Shown here: piece after piece, positions 32,469 to 41,503 of the stretch
How the letters are laid out: every line of letters begins with the position of its first letter
Numbering within the stretch: the first letter of the stretch is position 1
From: Escherichia coli
Lineage (GTDB): Bacteria > Pseudomonadota > Gammaproteobacteria > Enterobacterales > Enterobacteriaceae
Length of the DNA: 64,000 nucleotides
Assembly (NCBI RefSeq): GCF_001677475.2
Contig: NZ_CP015229.1
Reading direction: 5' to 3' (one strand)
Made by a program: the position numbers and the translations under genes
Notes under the pieces: model-generated
Told to the model about the DNA's origin: nothing
Seen by the model: the letters and a program-made list of their open reading frames with translations, nothing else
The model's database searches: none

Positions 32469-32496
32469 TTGACTGGTTTATTTAGTTGCGTATAAA
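32469..32496 (+). promoter_or_regulatory. PR-like promoter/operator
   Basis: TTGACT-16 nt-TATAAA with the GTTTAT...ATAAAC inverted repeat, 36 nt upstream of the cro-like ATG. Confidence 0.6.
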
Positions 32497-32531
32497 CTTT
32501 CGCTTGTTCTAAATGTGCTGAGATAAAAATT

Positions 32532-32819
32532 ATGACGCTAAAGGAATTCATCAAATCATTAAAAATTGGAGAAGCAAAAAAATTTGCGACCAACCTTGGT
32601 GTGTCTCCATCCTTCTTGTCCCAAATGGCATCTGGAACTTCACCTGTGTCTCCTGTTCGTGCGTTGATGATAGAAGCAGAAACTGGAGGACACGTTACAA
32701 GACGCGAATTGAGACCTAATGACTGGGAGCTTATATGGCCCGAATACACTGGAATCACGTCCCCTTCACGTCACAAATATGAACTTAACACCAAAAAGGC
32801 TGATGGGGTTGACTCATGA
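32532..32819 (+). CDS. Cro/YdaS-like HTH regulator
   Basis: 95 aa. LGVSPSFLSQMASG...GGHVTRRELRP is the YdaS-type pattern. It is the first gene of the rightward operon. Confidence 0.7.
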   Translation: MTLKEFIKSLKIGEAKKFATNLGVSPSFLSQMASGTSPVSPVRALMIEAETGGHVTRRELRPNDWELIWPEYTGITSPSRHKYELNTKKADGVDS

Positions 32820-33241
32820 TAATCAAGCATGAACACATCCGCATGGCGATGAATGCATGGGCGCATCCGGACGGTGAAAAAGTTCCGGCAGCTGAAATAA
32901 CCCGGGCTTATTTTGAGCTGGGTATGACGTTCCCGGAGCTATATGACGACAGGCATCCGGAAGCGCTGGCTCGTAATACCCAGAAAATTTTCCGCTGGCT
33001 GGATAAAGACACCCCTGATGCGGTTAAAAAAATTCAGGCGTTGTTACCAGCTATCGAAAAAGCAATGCCGCCTCTGCTGGTGGCCCGAATGCGCAGCCAC
33101 AGTTCAGCCTATTTTCGGGAACTGGTGGAGACGCGGGAACGACTGGTGAGAGACGCTGATGATTTTGTCGCAGTGGCGATCGCTGGTTTCAATCAGATGA
33201 ATCGTGGTGGTCCGGCGGGAAATGCCGTGGTGATGCACTAA
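32816..33241 (+). CDS. YdaT-like (CII-position) protein
   Basis: 141 aa, overlapping the stop of the cro-like gene. Size and position match Rac YdaT. Confidence 0.6.
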   Translation: MIIKHEHIRMAMNAWAHPDGEKVPAAEITRAYFELGMTFPELYDDRHPEALARNTQKIFRWLDKDTPDAVKKIQALLPAIEKAMPPLLVARMRSHSSAYFRELVETRERLVRDADDFVAVAIAGFNQMNRGGPAGNAVVMH

Positions 33242-33263
33242 AAGCACGGTGTTCGGGGGTTTT

Positions 33264-34232
33264 ATGAGCAGCAAGCTTCATGGTCTTGTCTGGGAAGGGT
33301 GCGCCTTCACTGGCATGATCTTATCCAGGGTGGCGGTTATGGCCCGTCTTGCAGACTACAGCAATGACGAGGGCGTGTCATGGCCTGCCATTGAAACTAT
33401 CCGGCGTCAGATCGGTGCAAGAAGTGAATCCACCGTGAAATCTGCTATTGCAGAACTGGCGAAAGAGGGCTGGCTGACGAAGGAAGAGCGTAAGGTCGGT
33501 GGGCGTAACGTAAGCAATATCTATCGGCTTAATGTGGAAAAACTCGAAGCAGCTGCAGCGGCGGCGCGTGAGGCATATAAACCGAAAAGAAAAATTAGCC
33601 CGGCAAAAAATGACCAGTTAACAGTTGACCAGTCAAATATTGCCCCATCAATGGTTGGCCCGTCAAATTTTGATGGATCAACTGTTGATAAAAAACTGCC
33701 GATTAGGGGGACGATGATTGACCCCGATCAGTCATTATTAAAACCTGATCCGTCAGATGAAAGATCTTCTTGTCCTGACGTTTCACTGCCGGACAAAAAA
33801 CAATCATCACCAGTTGAGCGATTTCTGGAGAAACACCCGGATGCGCATACCTGGAATGTGCAGAAGCGACAGTGGGGTACCCGTGAGGATGTCGCCTGTG
33901 CGCAGTGGATTTGGGGACGGGTTGTTGCGTTGTATGAACAGGCCGCCAGTGATGATGGTGAGGTATCACGCCCCAGAGAACCTAACTGGACGACCTGGGC
34001 GAATGATGTGCGCATGATGCGTATGCTGGATGGACGTAGTCACCGGCAGATTTGTGAAATGTTTGGGCGTGTCCAGCGGGATTCGTTCTGGGTAAAAAAC
34101 ATCATGAGTCCGGCAAAACTCCGGGAAAAATGGGATGAGCTGGTTATTCGTCTGGGGCGTTCGCCTGTACAGCGTTGCGTGAATCACATTTCTGAACCGG
34201 ATACCGAAATTCCGCCGGGGTTCAGGGGGTAA
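33264..34232 (+). CDS. replication initiator-like winged-helix protein (YdaU/O-like)
   Basis: 322 aa from MSSKLHG. The N-terminal wHTH (VSWPAIETIRRQIGARSESTVKSAIAELAKEGWL) is typical of phage replication O-like proteins. Confidence 0.65.
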   Translation: MSSKLHGLVWEGCAFTGMILSRVAVMARLADYSNDEGVSWPAIETIRRQIGARSESTVKSAIAELAKEGWLTKEERKVGGRNVSNIYRLNVEKLEAAAAAAREAYKPKRKISPAKNDQLTVDQSNIAPSMVGPSNFDGSTVDKKLPIRGTMIDPDQSLLKPDPSDERSSCPDVSLPDKKQSSPVERFLEKHPDAHTWNVQKRQWGTREDVACAQWIWGRVVALYEQAASDDGEVSRPREPNWTTWANDVRMMRMLDGRSHRQICEMFGRVQRDSFWVKNIMSPAKLREKWDELVIRLGRSPVQRCVNHISEPDTEIPPGFRG

Positions 34233-34274
34233 GTGCTGATTTGAGGTCATGAAGTTATTTTCTCAGGAGAGTTT

Positions 34275-34676
34275 ATGGGGGCTATTTATACCGAAGAACA
34301 GCGGGAAAGGTTACAGCGTCACATCGTTGACCTTGTACGTAAAAACGGGCGTATGACAATGCCACAACTGGCATCGGCAACATATGCTTCACATGATTCC
34401 ATTCGCCGGTACCTGAAGATGCTGGTGAGCCAGGGCGAAGTGTATGTTGTCAGCGGAAAAGGGGTATTCCTTTCAGAGAGAGTTTACCGTGAATGGCTGG
34501 CAAGTTCGGCAAAAAAATCAAGGGTTATCCGCAAACCAGCACAAAAACAGGGTAAGGCCGGAGTACAACCCTACGACCGGCACCAGAACGTAATTTGCCG
34601 GGAATGTCGTAACAGCGAATCAATGCAGCGGGTACTGGCTTTTTACAGGGGTGGATTTCAGGAGCTCGTATCGTGA
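34275..34676 (+). CDS. winged-helix protein (DUF977-like)
   Basis: 133 aa with MTMPQLASATYASHDSIRRYLKMLVSQGEV. Confidence 0.55.
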   Translation: MGAIYTEEQRERLQRHIVDLVRKNGRMTMPQLASATYASHDSIRRYLKMLVSQGEVYVVSGKGVFLSERVYREWLASSAKKSRVIRKPAQKQGKAGVQPYDRHQNVICRECRNSESMQRVLAFYRGGFQELVS

Positions 34677-34981
34677 AAAAGTGGGTGCGTGCCGAGATAC
34701 TGATTCTACGGCAGTGTGCGGGAACAATGACGGTGGAATGCATCGGGATGCTTATTGGTCGTAGTGAGGCTGCGGTCAGAACGAAAGCGCGGGAACTGGG
34801 TATTAGTATGATGTTACGGGGTGATTATCACCAGTCAGCAAAATATCCGCAGAGTGATATTGAGCTGGCGCGACAGCTGCATCAGCGTGGCGTGTCCAGG
34901 AGAGAAATCGCCAGAAAATTTGGAATGCCGCTGCGCACAGTGAATAACTACGTTTATTTCGACAGGAGGGTGTCTGCGTGA
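34673..34981 (+). CDS. HTH protein
   Basis: 102 aa with two HTH-like segments (SEAAVRTKARELGI; SRREIARKFGMPLRTVNNY). Confidence 0.55.
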   Translation: MKKWVRAEILILRQCAGTMTVECIGMLIGRSEAAVRTKARELGISMMLRGDYHQSAKYPQSDIELARQLHQRGVSRREIARKFGMPLRTVNNYVYFDRRVSA

Positions 34982-35223
34982 AAATCCTGTATCAGGATTA
35001 CGGCCCGGTGGGACAGGTGGTTATCAGCAGTACTGTAATGGAGTTCCGGAAGCATAACCGTGTGGTGGATGCAGTGCTGTTAGCCTGTCCGGGGATATCG
35101 GCGAGCCGTGCAGGTGTGTTTTTTATGAAGACGAAGTTATATGGCAGTACAGCGTGGATAAAGAAGGCGTACCGGGTAGCGTTGCAGGAGGTAAACAGTG
35201 AGCGAATCGGCAACCATTCTTGA
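34978..35223 (+). CDS. hypothetical protein
   Basis: 81-aa ORF in the operon with overlapping stop and start. Confidence 0.45.
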   Translation: MKILYQDYGPVGQVVISSTVMEFRKHNRVVDAVLLACPGISASRAGVFFMKTKLYGSTAWIKKAYRVALQEVNSERIGNHS

Positions 35224-35686
35224 TATGTCCTGTGGCAGTCGTATGTTCTGGTTCGATAAGAATGACGACCGGGCGATATTTAGCGATATCAGAAAAGAAG
35301 AGCACACATTATGTGATGGACGACGCCTGATAATTAGCCCTGACCTGATAGCAGATTTTCGTGCATTACCATTTGCAGACGCATCGTTTCCGGTTGTTGT
35401 ATTCGACCCTCCGCATCTTGAGCGTGTTGGTGATAACGCCTGGATGGGAAAGAAATATGGACGGCTGAATAAAGATACCTGGCGTGATGATTTGCGGCAG
35501 GGATTTAAAGAAGCCTTTCGTGTGTTGTGGCCACACGGTGTTCTGATTTTTAAATGGAATGAAACGCAAATACCTGTCCGCCAGATATTGGCACTAACCG
35601 ACGCGAAACCAATCATCAGCCAGCGCACCGGTAAGAACGATAAAACACATTGGATTATTTTTGTGAAGGAAGCGACCAGTGGGTAA
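35198..35686 (+). CDS. orphan SAM-dependent DNA methyltransferase
   Basis: 162 aa with ILDMSCGSRMFW (motif I-like) and FDPPH (DPPY-type motif IV). There is no adjacent endonuclease. Confidence 0.7.
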   Translation: MSESATILDMSCGSRMFWFDKNDDRAIFSDIRKEEHTLCDGRRLIISPDLIADFRALPFADASFPVVVFDPPHLERVGDNAWMGKKYGRLNKDTWRDDLRQGFKEAFRVLWPHGVLIFKWNETQIPVRQILALTDAKPIISQRTGKNDKTHWIIFVKEATSG

Positions 35687-35933
35687 ATCAAAATGCCAGG
35701 TTTATGGCAACAAGATAGAACCGAGTACGGCACTGGCAAACTCCCTTGAGCATGATGCTGAATACACGACGCGAAAAGGTCTGCTGATATACAAAATCTG
35801 GAATGAGAGTTTAACTCGCGACCCTGATTTGGTGATGTTGCGTTCCGGTGAATTTTCTAAATCACCAGTGCGGGTTTCATTTTGTCCGTTCTGTGGTGAA
35901 AGTCTGAAAACGTGGGAGAACAGAAATGAATGA
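35679..35933 (+). CDS. hypothetical Cys-containing protein
   Basis: 84 aa with a CPFCGE motif. Confidence 0.45.
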   Translation: MGKSKCQVYGNKIEPSTALANSLEHDAEYTTRKGLLIYKIWNESLTRDPDLVMLRSGEFSKSPVRVSFCPFCGESLKTWENRNE

Positions 35934-36237
35934 AATTAAAGAAATACCAGTAGTACGTGATGAATATGGCTGCTGGACGCATCCTGAATATGAAAAATTC
36001 TGTGATGGTAGAGAACATATTTCAACGGAAGAGTTTAACGCCTGGATGGAGGAAAATAATCTTCAATGGACCATCAGAACTATGGATGAAGATGATTTTA
36101 ATCTGGACGCAGATGGTCCCGATATTGCCTCCTGGAAACCGGAGCGCCCGGAAGGTGAAGGCTGGTTCATTGGTTCAATTCATGACACTGAAGATGGTCC
36201 GGTTTGTGTATGGCTGAGAAATAAGGTTGAAGCATAA
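35926..36237 (+). CDS. hypothetical acidic protein
   Basis: 103-aa ORF in the operon. Confidence 0.5.
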   Translation: MNEIKEIPVVRDEYGCWTHPEYEKFCDGREHISTEEFNAWMEENNLQWTIRTMDEDDFNLDADGPDIASWKPERPEGEGWFIGSIHDTEDGPVCVWLRNKVEA

Positions 36238-36368
36238 AGGCGATAAACCACCTGACAACAAAACACTGAAAAATTTAAATCAGAAGTGAATTTTATTAAA
36301 TCCTTAACCGGAGGGATTCCTGCACTCTCAGAACATCAGGAGACCGCCCGAAAGGGCGGTAATGAAAA

Positions 36369-36836
36369 ATGGCTGAATTAACCAAATGGCTACAAAACAC
36401 GATTACCGGAATTGAAACGGTAGTAGACGATAAATCGTTTGTATGTGATGAAATAGTATTCAAAATCGATGTGGTTAAAAACGTACTTACCGCATTTAAA
36501 GTCGCGCTGGCATCGCTGGAAGCCGAACCGGTGACATGGCGATATCGCTACGTGAGAAAAGGCGTTACGAACTTTCAGGAGAAGCCGTGGGTTGGTGACT
36601 GGAAATATGTACCGACAAAAGAGGATTGCAACGACAGACCGAACTATGAAATTCAGGCGTTATTCACGGCCCAGCCTGTGCCACTGACACCCGAAGGATT
36701 GATTAAAGCGGTGCGCTTCTATGAACAGGTTAAGAGTGAAAATCCGCCAGTCGAAACCGGAGCATGGAAAGACGCTGTTGACTGGGTGCTCAAAGAGGCT
36801 TGTCAGGCTGTAAACATTGGCATCAAAGGAGAGTGA
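36369..36836 (+). CDS. hypothetical protein
   Basis: 155 aa. Its N-terminus is paralogous to that of the 37032 ORF. Confidence 0.5.
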   Translation: MAELTKWLQNTITGIETVVDDKSFVCDEIVFKIDVVKNVLTAFKVALASLEAEPVTWRYRYVRKGVTNFQEKPWVGDWKYVPTKEDCNDRPNYEIQALFTAQPVPLTPEGLIKAVRFYEQVKSENPPVETGAWKDAVDWVLKEACQAVNIGIKGE

Positions 36837-36837
36837 G

Positions 36838-37029
36838 ATGAACGGACAAATATCAATTGTTCGACCGGGAGCATGTGACGATCGCGAGATACGAATGATT
36901 ATTCGTCTGGCGATGGGGAAAACAATAACTGCTCTCATTACTCCTGAAAATCTCGCATTAGCATTAACAGGAAAGTCAGACCTGCCAATAGAGCTAAAGC
37001 TGCGAAATGTTGAGATTAAGGTGAAATAG
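36838..37029 (+). CDS. hypothetical protein
   Basis: 63 aa from MNGQISIV with RBS GGAGAG. Confidence 0.45.
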   Translation: MNGQISIVRPGACDDREIRMIIRLAMGKTITALITPENLALALTGKSDLPIELKLRNVEIKVK

Positions 37030-37031
37030 TT

Positions 37032-37244
37032 ATGAATACTCTTACCAAAGAATGGTTACAGAACACGATTACCAGCATTGAGTCAGCACGGGATGAAATA
37101 CCATTCGGACTCGATGAAGATCAAAGCAACATGCTTACCGCATTTACATTCCGGCGAGGAGAAGCAACGATTAAGCCGGGTAATGGTATTGAGCAGGCAA
37201 CTCACAGGATGAAATTACCGGAACCGCCGCAGGAGGTGAACTGA
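37032..37244 (+). CDS. hypothetical protein
   Basis: 70 aa. LTKEWLQNTITSIE repeats the N-terminus of the 36369 ORF. Confidence 0.45.
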   Translation: MNTLTKEWLQNTITSIESARDEIPFGLDEDQSNMLTAFTFRRGEATIKPGNGIEQATHRMKLPEPPQEVN

Positions 37245-37639
37245 TGAAAGATGAAGTCGACAATGTTATCACCCTGGTACAGCCAAAATCAGAGGAGGAA
37301 GGACTCCTCAACGTTGTGATAACCGACAGAAAAAGCGGCGAGCAAAAATGCTGTCAGCATATCCGTACAACAATTTCAGAAGTGAATCGTACGATTACCT
37401 GCAACCGGTGTGGATTAGCTTTAGAGCCATTCGAGTTTATTCTCGATCGTGCGAGAAACGGTGAAAACATCGTGTCTGAGATTAAATCACTCTATGCAAA
37501 GCGGGATGCTCTTCGTGAAGCTGTGGCAAAACTTGAACGTGAAGAGAAAAACGCCAAAGCCCGGTTACGAGCAGCCAGGACAGCAATACTGTATGCGGAA
37601 AATGACCTTAAAAATATTGAGCAGGAGGTGAATCGATGA
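37244..37639 (+). CDS. hypothetical zinc-ribbon/coiled-coil protein
   Basis: 131 aa with CCQH...CNRCG followed by a coiled coil. Confidence 0.5.
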   Translation: MKDEVDNVITLVQPKSEEEGLLNVVITDRKSGEQKCCQHIRTTISEVNRTITCNRCGLALEPFEFILDRARNGENIVSEIKSLYAKRDALREAVAKLEREEKNAKARLRAARTAILYAENDLKNIEQEVNR

Positions 37640-37719
37640 CCTGGCCTGAGGCATTCACCACGGTAGGAATTGCGATGGCGGTGGCGCTGGTGGTGTATTC
37701 GATTTGCCGCTGGGGATAA
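37636..37719 (+). CDS. 27-aa hydrophobic micro-ORF
   Basis: MTWPEAFTTVGIAMAVALVVYSICRWG, coupled by ATGA to the previous gene and followed by a hairpin (37733-37760). Confidence 0.3.
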   Translation: MTWPEAFTTVGIAMAVALVVYSICRWG

Positions 37720-37843
37720 ATCGCCGAAAAAAGATCCCGACACAAACATGAGCCGGGATCTTTGATTTATATAGCCTACGAATCCGCCAGTAAGAGAGGG
37801 GGCGGATGGTTTATTCTACCACCGGAATGATGTGGGTAAAAAT

Positions 37844-38143
37844 TTATAAGAAATCGGTTTCATAACTTTGCCCACCATGATAGATACCGACAATAAAGAC
37901 TTTTCTGCCATCAACGGCAAAAGCAATAATCGTTCTGTGGCGGAAATGAGTTACCCGCATCCCCTGGCGAATATCATCGCGTTTATTGCCCCGATGCGGG
38001 AATGTAGAAAACCCATCAAGATAATCAAGAAGCGCATTGGCATAATTGTCAGCAATGACGTTCCCTGCTTTCTCCGTTATATATCTGTGCAGGTTGATTA
38101 TTTGTTGTTCGGCCTCAGGAGTAATGATGACTTCATATGTCAT
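37844..38143 (-). CDS. ParE/RelE-family toxin (second copy, unrelated sequence)
   Basis: 99 aa. The pattern MTYEVIITPEAEQQIINLHRYI...VFIVGIYHGGQ is typical of ParE. Confidence 0.75.
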   Translation of the reverse strand: MTYEVIITPEAEQQIINLHRYITEKAGNVIADNYANALLDYLDGFSTFPHRGNKRDDIRQGMRVTHFRHRTIIAFAVDGRKVFIVGIYHGGQSYETDFL

Positions 38144-38148
38144 GCAGA

Positions 38149-38406
38149 TTACTTCCCGGATCGAATCGCGGCGCGAACCTGTGAAATGGAGCGTCCGTTG
38201 TTTGGATTTTCGCGGATAGAATCAAGAGAGGGGGCGGCTGAATGCGTTAACCACGCTTCGATTGCTTTATCGCGCTCATTCAGTGCGCGAAGCCCTTCAC
38301 GAATGACCTCGCTTTCTGAAGCATAGGCACCGGAAGCCACACGGGCGCGCACCATGTCAGCCATCTCGTTAGTTAATGTAATGCTGAATTGTTGGGTTGT
38401 ACGCAT
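38149..38406 (-). CDS. ParD-like RHH antitoxin
   Basis: 85 aa from MRTTQQFSITLTNEMADMVRARVASGAYASESEVIREGLRAL, 5 nt upstream of the toxin. Confidence 0.75.
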   Translation of the reverse strand: MRTTQQFSITLTNEMADMVRARVASGAYASESEVIREGLRALNERDKAIEAWLTHSAAPSLDSIRENPNNGRSISQVRAAIRSGK

Positions 38407-38541
38407 GGTAAACCTCACGGAGTAGGATAGAACACCATTCGATGATAGCACGTTGCCTGTTGACGACAACAGAAATCAGAGACAATATTGCCGCACGCCA
38501 GCCTGAACAACTGGCACCTGCTGCGCCAGCAGAGACAACCG

Positions 38542-38820
38542 ATGGCGCACGATACCAAATTACACAATTCTGATGATTCTGCCGTCTTTGCCAGCAGGCA
38601 CGGGCGGCGTTCCTGCACTTTCAAATCTGACTGGTTCCAGCATGACCCATGCACTGAAGAACAGGCCGAGTGGCTGATTCAGTGCTACCGCAGACACGGA
38701 TACGAGATTAAGAAAGCCCTCAGCCTCGATTATCGTCACTGGATAATCTCCGTCAGGCTTCCTTACTCTGAACGCCCACCACGTCCATCCCGCACATTCC
38801 AGCAACGCATCTGGAGGTAA
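38542..38820 (+). CDS. hypothetical protein
   Basis: The ORF runs 38488-38820. The start is uncertain (MAHDTK at 38542). Confidence 0.45.
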   Translation: MAHDTKLHNSDDSAVFASRHGRRSCTFKSDWFQHDPCTEEQAEWLIQCYRRHGYEIKKALSLDYRHWIISVRLPYSERPPRPSRTFQQRIWR

Positions 38821-38821
38821 C

Positions 38822-39880
38822 ATGCGGGTATTGCTTCGACCTGTTCTGGTACCGGAACTCGGACTGGTTATCGTTAAGCCAGGCCGTGAATCCATGCAGG
38901 TATTCCATAACGGCAGAGTACTGGTGGAACCGGAACCGAAAAGTATGCGCGGTCTGCCGTCCGGAGTCGTTCCTGCCGTTCGCCAGCCGCTGGAGGAGGA
39001 TAAATCATTACTGCCGTTTTTCAGTAACGCACGGGTGATTCGTGCTGCTGGTGGTGCTGGTGCATTGTCTGACTGGCTGTTGCGCCATATTAAATCCTGC
39101 CAGTGGCCACACGGCGATTATCACCACAGTGAAACCGTCATTCACCGTTATGGCGCTGGCGCGATGGTGTTGTGCTGGCACTGCGACAACCAGTTGCGTG
39201 ACCAGACAGCCGAATCACTCGAGCAACTTGCTCATCAAAACCTGTCAGCATGGATGATTGACGTCATCCGTCACGCAATGAATGGCACACAGGAGCGGGA
39301 ATTATCGCTGGCTGAATTATCCTGGTGGGCAGTCTGCAATCAGGTGGCGGACGCGCTACCGGAGACAGTATTACGTCGTTCTCTGAGGTTACGTGCGGAA
39401 AAAATCCGCTCGGTGTATCGCGAAAGCGACATCGTACCGGGAGAGCAGACCGCCACCAGCATACTAAAGCAGCGCACAAAAAATCTTGCGCCGTTGCCTC
39501 ACTCTCATCAGCAACAGAACCCGCCACAGGAAAAGACGGTGGTCAGCATTGCCGTTGATCCGGAGTCACCGGCTCAGTATCTCCAGCGCCAGAAACCACA
39601 ACGGGAAGAGATGCCCGTATACACGCGCTGGGTAAAAACGCAGAAATGCATGACGTGCGGTAATCAGGCAGATGATCCGCATCACATCATTGGTCATGGA
39701 CTGGGAGGGATGGGAACAAAGGCTGATGATTTGTTTGTTATTCCGCTGTGCCGTAAATGTCATAACGAACTGCACGCCGGGGTAAAAGATTTTGAAGAAA
39801 AACACGGCAGCCAGCTGTTGTTGCTGATTCGTTTTTTAATGCACGCGAGAAATTCGGGTGTCCTGAAGTGGAAAGCATGA
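38822..39880 (+). CDS. DUF968/YdfU-like protein with HNH-like C-terminus
   Basis: 352 aa with C-terminal CGNQADDPHHIIGHG...CRKCHNELH. Confidence 0.7.
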   Translation: MRVLLRPVLVPELGLVIVKPGRESMQVFHNGRVLVEPEPKSMRGLPSGVVPAVRQPLEEDKSLLPFFSNARVIRAAGGAGALSDWLLRHIKSCQWPHGDYHHSETVIHRYGAGAMVLCWHCDNQLRDQTAESLEQLAHQNLSAWMIDVIRHAMNGTQERELSLAELSWWAVCNQVADALPETVLRRSLRLRAEKIRSVYRESDIVPGEQTATSILKQRTKNLAPLPHSHQQQNPPQEKTVVSIAVDPESPAQYLQRQKPQREEMPVYTRWVKTQKCMTCGNQADDPHHIIGHGLGGMGTKADDLFVIPLCRKCHNELHAGVKDFEEKHGSQLLLLIRFLMHARNSGVLKWKA

Positions 39881-40261
39881 ATGACTGAACGCATAGAATT
39901 TGTTTTGCCTTACCCGCCGACGGTAAACACCTACTGGAGACGTCATGGCAATACGTATTTCATCTCGGAAGTCGGAAAGCGTTATCGCCGTGATGTGGCT
40001 CTAATTGTTCGCCAGCAGCGACTGAAATTAAACCTGTCCGGAAGGCTGGCGATAAAGATTATTGCAGAGCCACCGGATAAGCGCCGTCGTGACCTGGACA
40101 ATATCCTGAAAGCACCGCTGGATGCGTTGACGCATGCGGGACTGCTTATCGACGACGAGCAGTTTGATGAAATCAATATTGTGCGCGGTCAGCTTGTTCC
40201 TGGTGGTCGGCTGGGCGTGAAGATTGACGAAATAATGCATGACGGGCAGGTCCAAAAATGA
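39881..40261 (+). CDS. rusA: Holliday junction resolvase RusA
   Basis: 126 aa with PPTVNTYW and DKRRRDLDNILKAPLDALTHAGLLIDD motifs. Confidence 0.85.
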   Translation: MTERIEFVLPYPPTVNTYWRRHGNTYFISEVGKRYRRDVALIVRQQRLKLNLSGRLAIKIIAEPPDKRRRDLDNILKAPLDALTHAGLLIDDEQFDEINIVRGQLVPGGRLGVKIDEIMHDGQVQK

Positions 40262-41079
40262 AACTGGAAGATTTACCGAAATACTATTCCCCAAAATCGC
40301 CAGGCCTGACTGATGCATCCGCCTCGACGTCAAAAGATGCGCTGAGTATCACTGATGTGATGGCTGCGCAGGGTATGACACAGAACCGGGCTGAGATGGG
40401 ATTTTCTGCGTTCCTGGGGAAAATGGGCATTAGTATGAATGACAGGGCGCGGGCAACAGAATTACTGGCAGATTATGCATTAAGTCAGTGCGGTCGTGTG
40501 GCTGCGTTAAGAAAACTTCCGGCAGAGATAAAACCGGCAGTGATGCGCATTATGGCTTCGTACGCTTTTGAGGATTATGCCCGCAGCGCAGCGAGTAAAA
40601 AGCAATGCCCTTGTTGCCGAGGGGAAAAATTTATTGAAAGCGAGGTTTTTACAAACAAGGTTCAGTATCCGGATGGTAAGCCGCCAGTATGGGCAAAGTG
40701 TACAAAAGGCGTGTATCCGTCTTACTGGGAAGAATGGAAAAAAATCCGGGAGGTGGTGAAGGTTTCCTGTCCTGAATGTAAAGGGAAGGGAGAGATTTCG
40801 ACCGCCTGTAAAGACTGCCGTGGGCGTGGTGTAGCCATTCATCGTGAAGAGTCAGAAAAACGGGGTATGCCTGTTATCAGGGACTGCCAGCGTTGTGGCG
40901 GTCGTGGCTATGAAAGACAGCCGTCGACGGAGGCATTTAATGCCATATGTGAGGTGACAAATCAAATAACACGCGCGTCATGGGAAAAAACGGTTAAGCA
41001 ATTCTATGACACTCTGGTGGTTCGGTTTGACATTGAAGAGGCATGGGCGGAGCGGCAGTTAAAAAAGGTAACCAGATAA
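40258..41079 (+). CDS. late antiterminator Q (DnaJ-type zinc-finger class)
   Basis: 273 aa with CPECKGKGE..CKDCRGRG..CQRCGGRG. It lies upstream of a PR'/tR'-like region. Confidence 0.75.
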   Translation: MKLEDLPKYYSPKSPGLTDASASTSKDALSITDVMAAQGMTQNRAEMGFSAFLGKMGISMNDRARATELLADYALSQCGRVAALRKLPAEIKPAVMRIMASYAFEDYARSAASKKQCPCCRGEKFIESEVFTNKVQYPDGKPPVWAKCTKGVYPSYWEEWKKIREVVKVSCPECKGKGEISTACKDCRGRGVAIHREESEKRGMPVIRDCQRCGGRGYERQPSTEAFNAICEVTNQITRASWEKTVKQFYDTLVVRFDIEEAWAERQLKKVTR

Positions 41080-41084
41080 CAAGG

Positions 41085-41184
41085 TTGATTTTTCCGGAAT
41101 CTGTGGTAAATTTTCCCTAACGATGGGCGTTTTATGCCTGACGTTAGGATGATTTTTACAACCCGCCGTTGAGCGGGTTTTTTA
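41085..41184 (+). promoter_or_regulatory. PR'-like late promoter, qut-type hairpin and tR' terminator
   Basis: TTGATT-16 nt-TAAATT (41085-41112), the inverted repeat CCTAACG...CGTTAGG, then ACCCGC-CGTTGA-GCGGGT-T6 (41159-41184). Confidence 0.6.
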
Positions 41185-41305
41185 TTGCCCGAAAAACGGT
41201 ACAGGACGTTAAACGCCCTGGTGGTTATGAATACAGTCTTTCAGCTTGCTGGCTTTTTCGACAAGAGTTATTGGTGTGTCACGTTAACCAGAAAAGGGAA
41301 AAGGC

Positions 41306-41503
41306 ATGCTAAAACAGCAGGATATGACCGAAACCGCCAGAGCCGTGTTTAATGAATTAAGCGTCACCGAACCGGCGACAGTCGGGGAGATTGCTCAGAA
41401 TACTTACCTTTCACGCGAACGCTGTCAGTTAATACTGACCCAGCTTGTTATGGCGGGTCTGGCAGATTATCAGTTCGGTTGTTACAGACGCCTTCCGCAG
41501 TGA
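41306..41503 (+). CDS. small winged-helix-like protein
   Basis: 65 aa with ATVGEIAQNTYLSRERCQLILTQLVMAGL. Confidence 0.5.
   Translation: MLKQQDMTETARAVFNELSVTEPATVGEIAQNTYLSRERCQLILTQLVMAGLADYQFGCYRRLPQ

Noticed and set aside
32336-32758. A 140-aa minus-strand ORF across the PR/operator region.
   Set aside because: It spans the divergent promoter and runs antisense to the cro-like gene. The repressor gene already accounts for its 3' part in another frame.
35137-35739. A 200-aa minus-strand ORF.
   Set aside because: It is fully antisense to the methyltransferase gene, which has clear catalytic motifs. It runs opposite to the operon.
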